64,000 nt of DNA from Clostridia bacterium (GCA_900769665.1 CAAGHL010000058.1:6651-70650), one strand, 5' to 3'; shown: positions 10,129 through 20,136, counted from the first letter of the stretch. The notes: generated from the letters alone by a model not told the origin. Program-made: numbers and translations.

Positions 10129-11014
10129 GCGCGAAAGTCGTCGCAACAAAATAAAGTCGTTTGTAATTTTGCTTGTGATATGCGTAGTGTGGCTGTTTCC
10201 TTTTGTTTATGTGTTCGGCATGTCCTTGCGTACAACCGAGGACTTGGTGTTGTACCCTAACTCGATTTTTCCGCACCCCGGCGGTTGGACGTTCGATCAC
10301 TACGTAGACTTCTTTCGTTTGCACGACGGCGGAAACATGGACACGTTGATGAGCGCGCTTGTCAACTCGACGATTACAACGGTTATTCACGTAATAGTCA
10401 GTATGCTGATTACCGTATTTGCGGCGTATTCCTTTGTATTTATGCGTTATAAGGGACGTGCGTTTATCTACGCGTTGATTATTTTCGTCATGCCGATACC
10501 TAGCGTAATCGGGTTAGCACCGATGTATTCCATGTATGTCAGTATAGGTAAGCAAAGCGGTATATTGGACAATCTGTGGTACTTCTACTCGTGGATTATT
10601 TTCCCCGGCGTGGCGGGTGCGTTTAATCTGATGATTATGTACAATTGTTTCCGTTCGATACCTAAATCCATTGTTGAAAGCGCGCGTAGCGACGGTGCAG
10701 GCGAAATGGAAATTTTCCGCAGAGTGGTGTTGCCTCTTGCCAAGTCAAGTATTCTTGTATGCGCGTTGTTTTCCTTCAACGGCTGTTGGAACAACCTTGT
10801 GTTTCCTCAACTTGTAGTAGCGGCGCAGTCGGATGTGCAAATGCACAACACGATTACCGTTGCGCTGATGGGTTGGATAAAGAACGAAAGCGTCGAGTTT
10901 CACGGCAAAGCAATGGCCTCGTGCGTTATGAGTATACTTCCGCTTATGTTAATGTACTTCTTTACGCAAAGCAAGATGATAGACGGATTGTCGTCTACGG
11001 GCGTTAAAGGATAG
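10088..11014 (+). CDS. Carbohydrate ABC transporter permease (MalG/CUT1-like)
   Basis: EAA-loop block ESARSDGAGEMEIFRRVVLPLAKS. AGGAGG lies before ATG 10088. Overlaps the preceding permease gene by 41 nt. Confidence 0.9.
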   Translation: MKKTLPHSSLSKSERESRRNKIKSFVILLVICVVWLFPFVYVFGMSLRTTEDLVLYPNSIFPHPGGWTFDHYVDFFRLHDGGNMDTLMSALVNSTITTVIHVIVSMLITVFAAYSFVFMRYKGRAFIYALIIFVMPIPSVIGLAPMYSMYVSIGKQSGILDNLWYFYSWIIFPGVAGAFNLMIMYNCFRSIPKSIVESARSDGAGEMEIFRRVVLPLAKSSILVCALFSFNGCWNNLVFPQLVVAAQSDVQMHNTITVALMGWIKNESVEFHGKAMASCVMSILPLMLMYFFTQSKMIDGLSSTGVKG

Positions 11015-11023
11015 GAGTGACAA

Positions 11024-12733
11024 ATGAACAGTTTTGTAAAAATAGAGAATCTCGAAAAGGTGTACCCCAACGGCGTCAAGGCAGTGTACAATTTCAATCT
11101 TGACATACAAAAAAACGAGTTTATCGTACTTGTCGGACCGTCCGGCTGCGGTAAATCTACAATGTTACGTATGATTGCCGGCTTGGAAGATATTACTTCG
11201 GGAGAGTTGACTATCGACGGCGAGTTTGCCAATTACAAACCCAGCAAGGACAGAGGGCTGGCAATAGTGTTTCAAAACTACGCGTTGTATCCGCAAATGA
11301 ATGTGTTTGAAAACATTGCTTTTCCTCTTACTGTCAGCAAGTATCCGTTTCCCGTTGTAGACGAGGAATTGCTTGCCGCGCGCGGAGTGGCACAAGCCTT
11401 GGAAACTTTTTCCGCCGAGGAACTTGTTGCCGCCGTTACGGAAGCGAGCAAGCTCAAAAGCGAACACATTGACGAGGCTTCATGGCTGAGTAAAAAGTTG
11501 GGCGTAGCACGCTGTGCGGCGGAACGTATTTTGTCCTACAAATTGACGGACAAAACCGACGTTGAGGAGTTCCTGACGTCGTTAAAAAAGGACAACGTAT
11601 CGCAAATTTCGTTACGCGAACAAGCTTTGCAAGCCGAAGGAAAGCACTTTGACGAGCATGCGCAACTACTGGACGAAACAGGCAAAGTAGTTACGGAAAT
11701 GCGCAAAATGAACAAGTGGGAAATACAAGACAAAGTGTTTGCCGCCGCCGACGTACTCGACCTAGGACAGTACCTCAATCGGTTGCCTAAGGAGTTGTCG
11801 GGCGGACAAATGCAACGTGTCGCACTGGGTCGTGCCATTGTCAAAAACGTACCGTTGTTTTTGATGGACGAGCCGCTTAGCAACCTAGACGCGCGTTTGC
11901 GCCTGACCATGCGTAGTGAAATCGTCAAACTGCACAAGCGTATCAACGCAACCACGATATACGTCACCCACGACCAAACGGAAGCGATGACCATGGCGGA
12001 CAGAATCGTCGTCATGAGCAAAGGCTTCGTGCAACAAATCGACACACCCGAGCAAATCTACAACAACCCTTGCAACTTGTTTGTGGCAAAGTTTGTCGGT
12101 ACGCCGCCGATAAACTTGCTTACGGCAAACTTCGACGGAACAAAACTGATGGTAGGTGACTACGAATTGCCGTTGCCTACTGCCGAAGCGGCGGCAATAA
12201 ACGAGTTTTACAACCGCACGTACGATACTTTTGCCAAGCAACTTGCCGACTACGACGGAAGCGACAAGTCCAAGGAATTTATGTTGAAGGTATTGTCCGC
12301 CACCGCAGACAAGGCAGGAGTGGAAATCAAACCTAAAATAACTTTTTGGAAAAAGCTTGTAGGGCTGTTTAAGAAAAAGCAGACGGAGCAAGTAGTGGAC
12401 GACGTCTTTGTCAAACTGACGGAAAAGACGGAATTGTTGCAAAAGTATTGCCAAGGCGACAAAACGCTGACGTTGGGGTTGCGTCCCGAGTCGTTGCATG
12501 TAGAAGTGTACGACCAAAAAACGCACGGAAACGATTGCATTGTGGTCGAGCCTACGCTCATGGAGTTGATGGGTAGTGAAATTTACGTGCATTTCGATTT
12601 TTATGGTGAGGAAATGATTGCAAAAATGTCGGCAAAAACAAAAATCGGCGAGCAAACCAAGTTGGCGATAAAGTTTTCCACCGAAGATTTGTTTTTGTTT
12701 GACCCGATTTCGGGTGAGAGAATTTGTCTATGA
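11024..12733 (+). CDS. MalK/MsmK-type ABC ATPase with large insertions (569 aa)
   Basis: Walker A GPSGCGKST, Q-loop VFQNYALYP, signature LSGGQMQRVALGRA, Walker B LFLMDEPLSNLD and H-loop TTIYVTHDQ. About 155 residues separate the Q-loop region from LSGGQ, versus roughly 40 in typical MalK. Confidence 0.9.
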   Translation: MNSFVKIENLEKVYPNGVKAVYNFNLDIQKNEFIVLVGPSGCGKSTMLRMIAGLEDITSGELTIDGEFANYKPSKDRGLAIVFQNYALYPQMNVFENIAFPLTVSKYPFPVVDEELLAARGVAQALETFSAEELVAAVTEASKLKSEHIDEASWLSKKLGVARCAAERILSYKLTDKTDVEEFLTSLKKDNVSQISLREQALQAEGKHFDEHAQLLDETGKVVTEMRKMNKWEIQDKVFAAADVLDLGQYLNRLPKELSGGQMQRVALGRAIVKNVPLFLMDEPLSNLDARLRLTMRSEIVKLHKRINATTIYVTHDQTEAMTMADRIVVMSKGFVQQIDTPEQIYNNPCNLFVAKFVGTPPINLLTANFDGTKLMVGDYELPLPTAEAAAINEFYNRTYDTFAKQLADYDGSDKSKEFMLKVLSATADKAGVEIKPKITFWKKLVGLFKKKQTEQVVDDVFVKLTEKTELLQKYCQGDKTLTLGLRPESLHVEVYDQKTHGNDCIVVEPTLMELMGSEIYVHFDFYGEEMIAKMSAKTKIGEQTKLAIKFSTEDLFLFDPISGERICL

Positions 12734-12748
12734 CAAAGGAGTAAAACC

Positions 12749-14491
12749 GTGAAAAAACTAAGATTTTTTGTATTGGTAATTACTGTAGTGATGTGTTTGT
12801 CCGCGTTTGCGGCTTGCAACGGCAACGACAAAACGGACATCGTACCCGTCAAGCCAGATCAACCTACGGTTGCCGCTTTGCCGACGTTGACGTTTGACGG
12901 AGAAACGCTTAAAAACAATACATTGGTTATTGCCGTCACAAACAAGGCGCAGATTGTTTTGCCGCAGTACGTTGCTAAAAATCGTTTCGGCAAGGAAATG
13001 GACAACAGTGCCGTTGCCGTTACTCATATGTATGATGGCGCGGTAGACAACAGTGTGACATACAAGGCGGGAGCAAGTAGTCGCAAATACTATGCGGTAG
13101 GGCAACACACCTTTATTTTTGTAGTTACCGACAATGACAACGCGACATTGGTCAACTACTATTACGTGTATCTTACCGTGTATCAAAGTTTGTTTAAGGT
13201 GCTTGGTAACAGAGATGTCTTGCAAGGCGAATTAAGCGACGCTCCGACTTTACGTACCAATGATCCGGGGTTTGCGCTCAGTTGGTTCAACCTCGATCGT
13301 AGTGACGTGTACTATGCCGAGGCAACATTCGACAGCGTGGATAAAGACGAAAACGACGGTCGCGATTGGGGTATCGGATTGTTACATGCTACCGATGAGG
13401 ACGGCAGTTATTCGCTTAAAGATTACTATCGCATTTACGATTGGGGCAACACGTGGGCGCATCGATATTCCCGCGGGTGGAATCCAGATTCAAGCTTTGT
13501 GCGCGAGTTTTACACTTCGCAAGGTCTTGTCGATCCCGGATTTAACGTGGGCGGCAACAAGATCACAATAGGTATAGCACGTGTCGGCGATGTATTTTAT
13601 TCTTTCCTAAACGGACAACTTACCGACAAGTACGTGTATGCGGCGTTGAAAGATCGCAAGACTTCTCCCGGTATTTGTCTTATCGGTAACGACGTTGTGG
13701 CATACCCCGGTACGGCGTCAAATATGAAGTTTGTCAGTGGCGACGAAGCGGAAATGCTGATTGCCAAATTGTGCGGAGAAGATACCTACTACAACGATTT
13801 CGGTTACTGTAGAGTGCTCGAAGGGTACAATGCGGCAACATTTACCGACGGCGGTTTTGCCTTTGACAAAATCGGCGATTTCGGCGCTTCGCAACGCAAT
13901 TGGTGGAACTGCGCCGTCAAGACAAACACCTACATCGGCGGCAATTCCAAGGTGGAGTTCGACCTCGAAACGGTGGGGCAACAAACGAGCTTCGGCACAC
14001 TGCGTATCTACATCAAAAAGGCAATGAACAGCGCCGATCCGACCAACGGCGAAGGCTTTTACAACGGTATACGTTTGTATTACTTTGGAAATAGCAACCG
14101 ACCGGGCGGGGTAAATGTGGAAACGTTGCAGGAAATACCCGACGGCGACGGTACGCGATGGGAGCACATGGACGAAAAAGACGCCGACGGCAACTCTCGC
14201 TACGAAAACTTCGACGGAGCGGACGTGTTTAGCACAAACGCCAAACTGCACGTGGAAATACGCATGCAACCGCTTGCAGGCGAAAACGGCGAAACCAAGT
14301 TTACTTACACTTTTACCGAAATCGGTAAGGAAAATCCCAATACGTACACGTTTTTCTCGTACGCAACGCAGGCTCCTTCCTCGGCGGAATCGGAAGACGA
14401 GTACAACGAATTGTTCTTCCTGTCCTTTATGACGGACAACGTACAATGTAAGATAAGTAATCTTTTAGTTACTGCCAACAAAGTGTATTAG
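12749..14491 (+). CDS. Lipoprotein of unknown function: Ig-like domain, a jelly-roll module related to those at 1-603/1066-1668, and a C-terminal beta-rich domain
   Basis: GTG start 7 nt after AAGGAG. Lipobox LSAFAAC. Shares DVYYAEATF, GIGLLHAT and ITIGIARVGDVFYSFLNGQ with the modules of the first gene. Confidence 0.8.
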   Translation: MKKLRFFVLVITVVMCLSAFAACNGNDKTDIVPVKPDQPTVAALPTLTFDGETLKNNTLVIAVTNKAQIVLPQYVAKNRFGKEMDNSAVAVTHMYDGAVDNSVTYKAGASSRKYYAVGQHTFIFVVTDNDNATLVNYYYVYLTVYQSLFKVLGNRDVLQGELSDAPTLRTNDPGFALSWFNLDRSDVYYAEATFDSVDKDENDGRDWGIGLLHATDEDGSYSLKDYYRIYDWGNTWAHRYSRGWNPDSSFVREFYTSQGLVDPGFNVGGNKITIGIARVGDVFYSFLNGQLTDKYVYAALKDRKTSPGICLIGNDVVAYPGTASNMKFVSGDEAEMLIAKLCGEDTYYNDFGYCRVLEGYNAATFTDGGFAFDKIGDFGASQRNWWNCAVKTNTYIGGNSKVEFDLETVGQQTSFGTLRIYIKKAMNSADPTNGEGFYNGIRLYYFGNSNRPGGVNVETLQEIPDGDGTRWEHMDEKDADGNSRYENFDGADVFSTNAKLHVEIRMQPLAGENGETKFTYTFTEIGKENPNTYTFFSYATQAPSSAESEDEYNELFFLSFMTDNVQCKISNLLVTANKVY

Positions 14492-14503
14492 GACAAATTT
14501 TTC

Positions 14504-14551
14504 GGACGTCGAACTTCTGCCGACGCACTTGTTCGACGTCCATGCTTTTTT
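14504..14551 (+). terminator. Hairpin plus T-tract between the lipoprotein gene and GH31 (terminator/attenuator candidate)
   Basis: Perfect 11-bp stem GGACGTCGAAC / GTTCGACGTCC (14504-14514 / 14531-14541), then ATGC and T6. Confidence 0.5.
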
Positions 14552-14563
14552 ATGGAGAGTTTT

Positions 14564-17083
14564 ATGGAACAATTTATTTTCGGGCAAATTCGCGTGCAAG
14601 TGCTCAATGCTCGTGTTGTCCGAGTGGAGCAAAGCGGCAACGGCAAGTTTTTTGACAAAGACACTTTTTTGATACCAAACCGCAAGGAAGTGTGCGACGA
14701 CGATGTTTGCGCTATGGCGTGCGACGGTGGCGTGGCGGTAGGCAATTATACGATTTGTCTGCCGCAAAACACAAGCGACATTGCCGACGTAAAGGTGGTA
14801 AGGGACGGAAAAGTCGTATATGTATGCGGCAATACGGACAACAGCGGCGAGTTGCCTACTTTGGACAAAACTCCCGACGTGTATGCCGTGGCGGACAACC
14901 CTCGTATCGTCGTGCCGCAAGGCGGCTACTCGACTGAAAGAAACGGCGAGTATGAAATTGACGAAAAATCGCAAGACGTTTACTTGCTTTTGTGCGACGG
15001 TGACTTCAAGCTGTTGCGCAGTCTGTATATAGAGTTGACGGGGCGTTGCGAGATGCCTCGCCTGTCCACCCTCGGCGCATGGAACAGCAAATACTACCCC
15101 TACACCGACAAGGAAGCGTTGCAAGTGCTTGCTGACTACGACAGTCACGACTACCCCTTGGACAACTTGGTTATCGACACCGACTGGCGCACCGACGCAA
15201 ACGGTTGGGGATACGACGTCAACACCAAGCTGTTTCCCGATATGCAAGGTTTCATTGCTAAGGTGCATGCGCACAACGTGGACGTTATGTTCAACGACCA
15301 CCCGGAACCCGTCGATGGCGCAAACGTGTTTGCCGACAAGGAAATCGCCTACCGTGAACGCAATTTGCAAAATTTGCTCGGTATGGGCTTGGATACTTGG
15401 TGGTACGATCGCAACTGGATGACGGCGCTTGTGTCGCCCACAAGCAAGATTAAGTGCGAAACGTTGGGTATGTATTTGTTTTACGACATTACCAAACACT
15501 TTTACCAAAGGAAGGCAAACAACAACACGATTTACCGCCGTCCCGACATTATGGCAAACGTGGACAACATTGCCAATGGTACATATGTTGCAATCAATTC
15601 CTCGGCGTCGCATCGTTACCCGATACAATGGACGGGCGACATTTTGTCCGACGAGGGCGACCTTGCGCAAGAGGTGCACAACCTTGTCAAGGGCGGCAAC
15701 AACTGCATTGCTTACGTCAACGCCGACTGCGGCGGACACGGAGGCAACCCTGACAAGGAAATGTTTATCCGTTGGATGCAATTCGGCACGCTGTCGCCCG
15801 TTTTCCGCCCTCACTGCATGAACGGCGGACTTGTACGCACTCGCGAGGCTTGGAACTACGACGACGAAACGGTGGACATTGTGCGCAATTACAACAATTT
15901 GCGTTACCGCTTGTTGCCTGTTATTTACACGCAGGCGCACAATTGCTACGTCAGCGGCGAACCCGTGTTTAAGGCGCTCGGTTGGAACTACCCGTCGGAC
16001 AAAACTGCACTTGCTTGTAACGACGAGTACATGCTGGGTGACGACCTGCTTATTTCGCCCATTGCGGGTATTCCGCCCAAAGTGGTGGCGGAGCAAAACT
16101 ACGTCACACCCGTCAAGACGACATATTTTGACGGAACAAAGTTTGAAGGCAAGCCGATATTTGCGACGGAATATAAAAAAATAGAAATGAACCTCAACAA
16201 CGTTGCGCCCGAAGAGCAAGTGCCGATGTACAACTTCTCGGCGCGGTTTGAAACTTCCGTGCGCTTTGACAAGGCTGTGGAGCTTGTGTTGCGTGTGGAT
16301 GACGGCGCAAAGGTGTGGCTTGACGACGAGTTGGTGTTGGAAGACAACAGTTTCCACTCGGCGCTAAACCACAAACTAGGAGTGTTGCAACCCGACCGCA
16401 CGTACAAGGTGCGTATCGACTATTTCCAAGGCGGCGCGCAAGCCGTGGCAATGCTGTGCTACAACGAGGTCGCGCCGCAACAAATCCCGTCTACCTATTT
16501 GCCCGAGGGCAAGTGGTTGGACGTGTTTAGCGGCAAGGTGTACGGCGGCAACGCAACGGTAAGCCGCAACTATGCGCTTGGCGAGATGCCGCTGTTTGTG
16601 CGTATGGGCGCAGTTGTGCCGCTGGCGTATGAAGCACCGAACACTAAAAAGCAAACATGGGACAAACTTGTATACGACTTCTATCCATATAAGGACAGTT
16701 TCGACAGCGGTGCACTGTACGAGGACGACACCGAAACGACGGCGTACAAAACGGGCGAATATCGCACAAGCACATATGCCGCAAGTTACGACAATACAGC
16801 CGACGCTTACGTACTTACGCTGGAAGCAAGTGGGGGAGGTTTTGCAGGTAAAAAGGCGTTTAACAGTCGAAAGTGTACCGTTAAAATGCACTTAACGCAA
16901 CAAATAAACAAAGTAGTGTGTGTTACCGTCAACGGAACGCAAGTGCCGTTTACGTTGCACAAATGCGACAAGCAAGCGTTTCCGCTGTCCGTTTGCGACG
17001 GTGCACCGGACGGCGACGTTGTCACTGCGGAGTTTGATACGGACGTGAGCAAACGCTACGAAATAAAGTTCTTTGTAGAGTAG
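14564..17083 (+). CDS. GH31 alpha-glycosidase (alpha-glucosidase/alpha-xylosidase family) with an inserted PA14 domain, no signal peptide
   Basis: GH31-like blocks LVIDTDWR, GLDTWWYDRNW, IQWTGDILSDEGDL and SPVFRPH. PA14-like stretch at ~16236-16460 (LVLRVDDGAKVWLDDELV...YKVRIDYFQGG). The start could be ATG 14552 or 14564; GGAGAG precedes 14564. Confidence 0.85.
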   Translation: MEQFIFGQIRVQVLNARVVRVEQSGNGKFFDKDTFLIPNRKEVCDDDVCAMACDGGVAVGNYTICLPQNTSDIADVKVVRDGKVVYVCGNTDNSGELPTLDKTPDVYAVADNPRIVVPQGGYSTERNGEYEIDEKSQDVYLLLCDGDFKLLRSLYIELTGRCEMPRLSTLGAWNSKYYPYTDKEALQVLADYDSHDYPLDNLVIDTDWRTDANGWGYDVNTKLFPDMQGFIAKVHAHNVDVMFNDHPEPVDGANVFADKEIAYRERNLQNLLGMGLDTWWYDRNWMTALVSPTSKIKCETLGMYLFYDITKHFYQRKANNNTIYRRPDIMANVDNIANGTYVAINSSASHRYPIQWTGDILSDEGDLAQEVHNLVKGGNNCIAYVNADCGGHGGNPDKEMFIRWMQFGTLSPVFRPHCMNGGLVRTREAWNYDDETVDIVRNYNNLRYRLLPVIYTQAHNCYVSGEPVFKALGWNYPSDKTALACNDEYMLGDDLLISPIAGIPPKVVAEQNYVTPVKTTYFDGTKFEGKPIFATEYKKIEMNLNNVAPEEQVPMYNFSARFETSVRFDKAVELVLRVDDGAKVWLDDELVLEDNSFHSALNHKLGVLQPDRTYKVRIDYFQGGAQAVAMLCYNEVAPQQIPSTYLPEGKWLDVFSGKVYGGNATVSRNYALGEMPLFVRMGAVVPLAYEAPNTKKQTWDKLVYDFYPYKDSFDSGALYEDDTETTAYKTGEYRTSTYAASYDNTADAYVLTLEASGGGFAGKKAFNSRKCTVKMHLTQQINKVVCVTVNGTQVPFTLHKCDKQAFPLSVCDGAPDGDVVTAEFDTDVSKRYEIKFFVE

Positions 17084-17092
17084 AGGTGAAAT

Positions 17093-19108
17093 ATGACGGA
17101 AAGAAAATTGCCGTGCTATCCGCTGTTTGTAAAAGACCCCAACTTTTCGCTGTGGAGTAACGACGAGTATCTCAACAAAAACTATCCGCAAACTTGGTTT
17201 GGCGAAAGAAAAAACATTTGCGGTTTTGTCGACGTTAACGGGCAAAAGTATTGTTTTATGGGCAGGACGGACGACTTCACTCCGTACGGTGTAAAGCCTG
17301 CCGAACAAGTGAATTTGCAAGTGACGGCATTTACCACCGAGTACAAGTTTGTTGCGGGCAAAGCTACGCTAGCGATCAAGTTTGTTTCGCCGTTGCCGCC
17401 CGACGACATGGAGCTGATGTCGTTGCCCGTGTGCTACATGGAGTACGAGCTATCGGGCGCCGAGGGCGAAGTGTCGGTGTTTGTGGGCGGAAACGTTGCC
17501 TACAACGACATTCCGCAAACGCAGGACAAACGAGTTGTCGGCGACAGTTTTGCGTTGGACGGCTACGAGGCGGCGGTCATCGGACTTCGTCGCCAACTGC
17601 CGCTAAGCAACAACAACGACGCTTACGGCGCCGATTGGGGCTACTTCTATTTGAGCGGACAACACGCCTACGTAGCCGACGGCGCAAGCCTTGCCGACTA
17701 CTTGAAGTGTAATAACCGCAACATTACTTGCCAAACGGAAGAAAAGTACATTGCAAGCTTCAATACGGCGGCTAGCGGCGTTGTTATGCTGGGCTACGAC
17801 GAAACGGTTGCAATCAACTACTTTGGCAAGTATTTGCAAGGATACTACTTGCAGGAGCACTCGATTTTTGACGCGCTAAAATACGTGCAAGCAAACTACA
17901 GTGCAATTGACAAAAAGTTGGCGGCGTTTGACGAACGCTTGCGTGCCGACGTTGCCGCCAAGTGCGACGGATTTGCCGACGAGTACTACAACGTGCTTGT
18001 GGCTTCGTTGCGTCAAAGCGTTGCGGCACACAAATTAGTGCGTGACGGCGACGACGTGCTGTTTTTGTCCAAGGAGTGCTGGTCTAACGGCAGTATTGCC
18101 ACGGTGGACGTCAGCTACCCGTCCGTGCCGCTGTACTTGCTGTACAACACGGAGCTTGTAAAAGGTATGATGCGCCCGATATTCAAGTTTGCTCGCATGC
18201 CCGTGTGGAGTTTCGACTTTGCGCCGCACGACGTTGGCACATACCCCGTGTGCAACGGGCAAGGATACGGCTTGAAGAAGTCCGTCGAGGCAAAGCTTGG
18301 CACTACGTACAAGCCGCACGACGTTACGACGCGCTTCCCGACGTACATTTTGCCGCAAACCGCCGACGTGTACGACTTTAACATGCAAATGCCGGTGGAA
18401 GAGTGCGCAAACATGTTGGTTATGCTGTATGCGTGCTACCGTTACGACCATGACGACGCATTGTTTGCGGCGAACGCCGATTTGGCGGCAAAATGGGTCA
18501 AGTATTTGGTGGACAACGGCTTGCATCCTGCCAATCAACTTTGCACAGACGATTTTGCAGGGCATTTGGCAAACAATCTAAACCTTGCTGTAAAAGCAAC
18601 CGTAGGTATTGCTTGCTATGCGGAGTTGTTGCGTGTAATGGGCGACAAAAGCGGTGCGGAAAAGTATCGCAAGATTGCCGATGGGTTTGCAAAGGAAATT
18701 ACGGCGTTTGGCTGCAAATTTAGTCATTTGCCCATCACGTGGGACAGTGACGACAGTACGTATTCCTTGAAGTACAACATGGCGTTTGACAAGGTTTTGG
18801 GGCTTGGATTGTTTGCCGATAGCCTTGCCGAGAGGGAGGTAGATTGCTATCTCGACAAGCTCAACGAGTATGGCACGCCGCTGGACAACCGCAAGGAATA
18901 CACCAAGAGCGATTGGCTGGTGTGGGCGGCAAGCCTGACAAACGACAAAGAAAAGCAAGGCAAGCTGATTGCTAGCCTCGACAAGTACCTTCGCACAAGT
19001 CAGGAGCACATCCCATTTGCCGATTGGTACGAAACGAAAACCACCCTGCATCACGAGTTTTTGGCTCGCTCCGTCCAAGGCGGCTGCTTCATGTTGCTAC
19101 TGAAGTAA
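17093..19108 (+). CDS. DUF4965/DUF1793 (glutaminase-A-like, six-hairpin glycosidase-like) protein, cytoplasmic
   Basis: N-terminal YPLFVKDPNFSLWS, central FLSKECWSNGSIATVDVSYPSVPLYLLYNTELVKGMMRPI and C-terminal SDWLVWAASL resemble this family. AGAGGTGA RBS. Confidence 0.7.
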   Translation: MTERKLPCYPLFVKDPNFSLWSNDEYLNKNYPQTWFGERKNICGFVDVNGQKYCFMGRTDDFTPYGVKPAEQVNLQVTAFTTEYKFVAGKATLAIKFVSPLPPDDMELMSLPVCYMEYELSGAEGEVSVFVGGNVAYNDIPQTQDKRVVGDSFALDGYEAAVIGLRRQLPLSNNNDAYGADWGYFYLSGQHAYVADGASLADYLKCNNRNITCQTEEKYIASFNTAASGVVMLGYDETVAINYFGKYLQGYYLQEHSIFDALKYVQANYSAIDKKLAAFDERLRADVAAKCDGFADEYYNVLVASLRQSVAAHKLVRDGDDVLFLSKECWSNGSIATVDVSYPSVPLYLLYNTELVKGMMRPIFKFARMPVWSFDFAPHDVGTYPVCNGQGYGLKKSVEAKLGTTYKPHDVTTRFPTYILPQTADVYDFNMQMPVEECANMLVMLYACYRYDHDDALFAANADLAAKWVKYLVDNGLHPANQLCTDDFAGHLANNLNLAVKATVGIACYAELLRVMGDKSGAEKYRKIADGFAKEITAFGCKFSHLPITWDSDDSTYSLKYNMAFDKVLGLGLFADSLAEREVDCYLDKLNEYGTPLDNRKEYTKSDWLVWAASLTNDKEKQGKLIASLDKYLRTSQEHIPFADWYETKTTLHHEFLARSVQGGCFMLLLK

Positions 19109-19141
19109 TGGCACAATGTAACAAAAACTTAATACGTACAC

Positions 19142-19181
19142 AAAAATCGCTTACATTTCATGCAAGATGTAGGCGATTTTT
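19142..19181 (+). terminator. Intrinsic terminator closing the 2439-19108 gene string
   Basis: Stem TCGCTTACA / TGTAGGCGA (one G-U pair) followed by TTTTT. An upstream A-run can extend the stem. Confidence 0.7.
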
Positions 19182-19342
19182 GCATTGTATCCGATTGCGT
19201 GCTTGATTTGTCGGGCGTCCGCTTTTCTTTGTATGTTTTTTTAATGTAATGTAAGTGAGCCATGGGACGATTTGTTGCCGTTTGTCGGTAGGTTTTCATA
19301 AAAAACGCGGCATATTGCCCCTGATAAGAACCGAATGTACGT

Positions 19343-19388
19343 AAAAAATACCGTTTGCAATTTTCAAAACGAAAGGCAAACGGTTTTT
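19343..19388. terminator. Second, orphan terminator-like hairpin
   Basis: Perfect 9-bp stem ACCGTTTGC / GCAAACGGT flanked by A6 upstream and T5 downstream. No credible ORF lies between it and the previous terminator. Confidence 0.45.
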
Positions 19389-19486
19389 GTCTGCTTGTTG
19401 TGTGAGTCGTGTGTTTGCAAGGGTGAAAAACAACTGTCGACAACAACAAAATACAAGTAAGTATTGTAGACAGTGTTTTTTTTACC

Positions 19487-20130
19487 TTGGCAAATCCGAC
19501 AGCTACTGTCGAGTGCGGTGCCGACTACACGGCAAAACTGACATTCCGCTACGGCTACGAATTTGACGGTTGCGATTACGCCGACTACGCCGTCATCGCC
19601 GACGCGAGCGGCAAAAACTCTGCTTACGTTACGCAACGTCACCCGTCCGTCGCGAGTTACGGTCACGGCAAAAAAAGTGGAACGTGCGGCGGTAAGCTTC
19701 GACATCAAGTGCAGTATCGTCTACGATTACAACGGCGGTGCGGACAAGGACGGAGAAACAATCAAAACAATCAGTTACCATCTTACGCAATACCAACGCC
19801 CAAATACCGATCCCGCACAAACGCTACATCGCGACGGTCACGTATTGACGGGGCGGAACACACTGCCCGACGGTAGTGGCGACCACGTCGGACCGGGCAG
19901 TAGAGTGACGGTTGCAAACGGTGGGCAAATCACGTTGTATGCCGAGTGGGCAAAAAGTCTTGACCGAGATGACCTGCTGTACATCGTACGCGGTGACGAA
20001 ATTGTGCTTACGGGTTAACGTGGCAAAGGCGACGTGCAACCATTTGTCATTCCTGCCGAAATCGATGGTAAACCCGTTGTGAAAATCGGCGGCTCGTTGT
20101 TGCAAGTAATTGCATCGATTGGTAAATAAA
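19487..20130 (+). pseudogene. Decayed internal fragment of a large surface-protein gene (InlB-B-like module + Flg_new repeat + start of a BspA-type LRR region)
   Basis: No start codon or signal peptide. The reading frame switches around 19610-19640. The Flg_new repeat GHVLTGRNTLPDGSGDHVGPGSRVTV...ITLYAEW has R where the family Trp is expected. An in-frame TAA (20016-20018) interrupts LTG*RGKGDVQPFVIPAEIDGKPVVKIGG. It ends after ~35 more codons. Confidence 0.65.
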
Positions 20131-20136
20131 CTTCTA

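Noticed and set aside
19129-19449. 106-aa minus-strand ORF in the gene-free stretch after 19108.
   Set aside because: It has no RBS, a low-complexity basic composition, and it spans two terminator hairpins.
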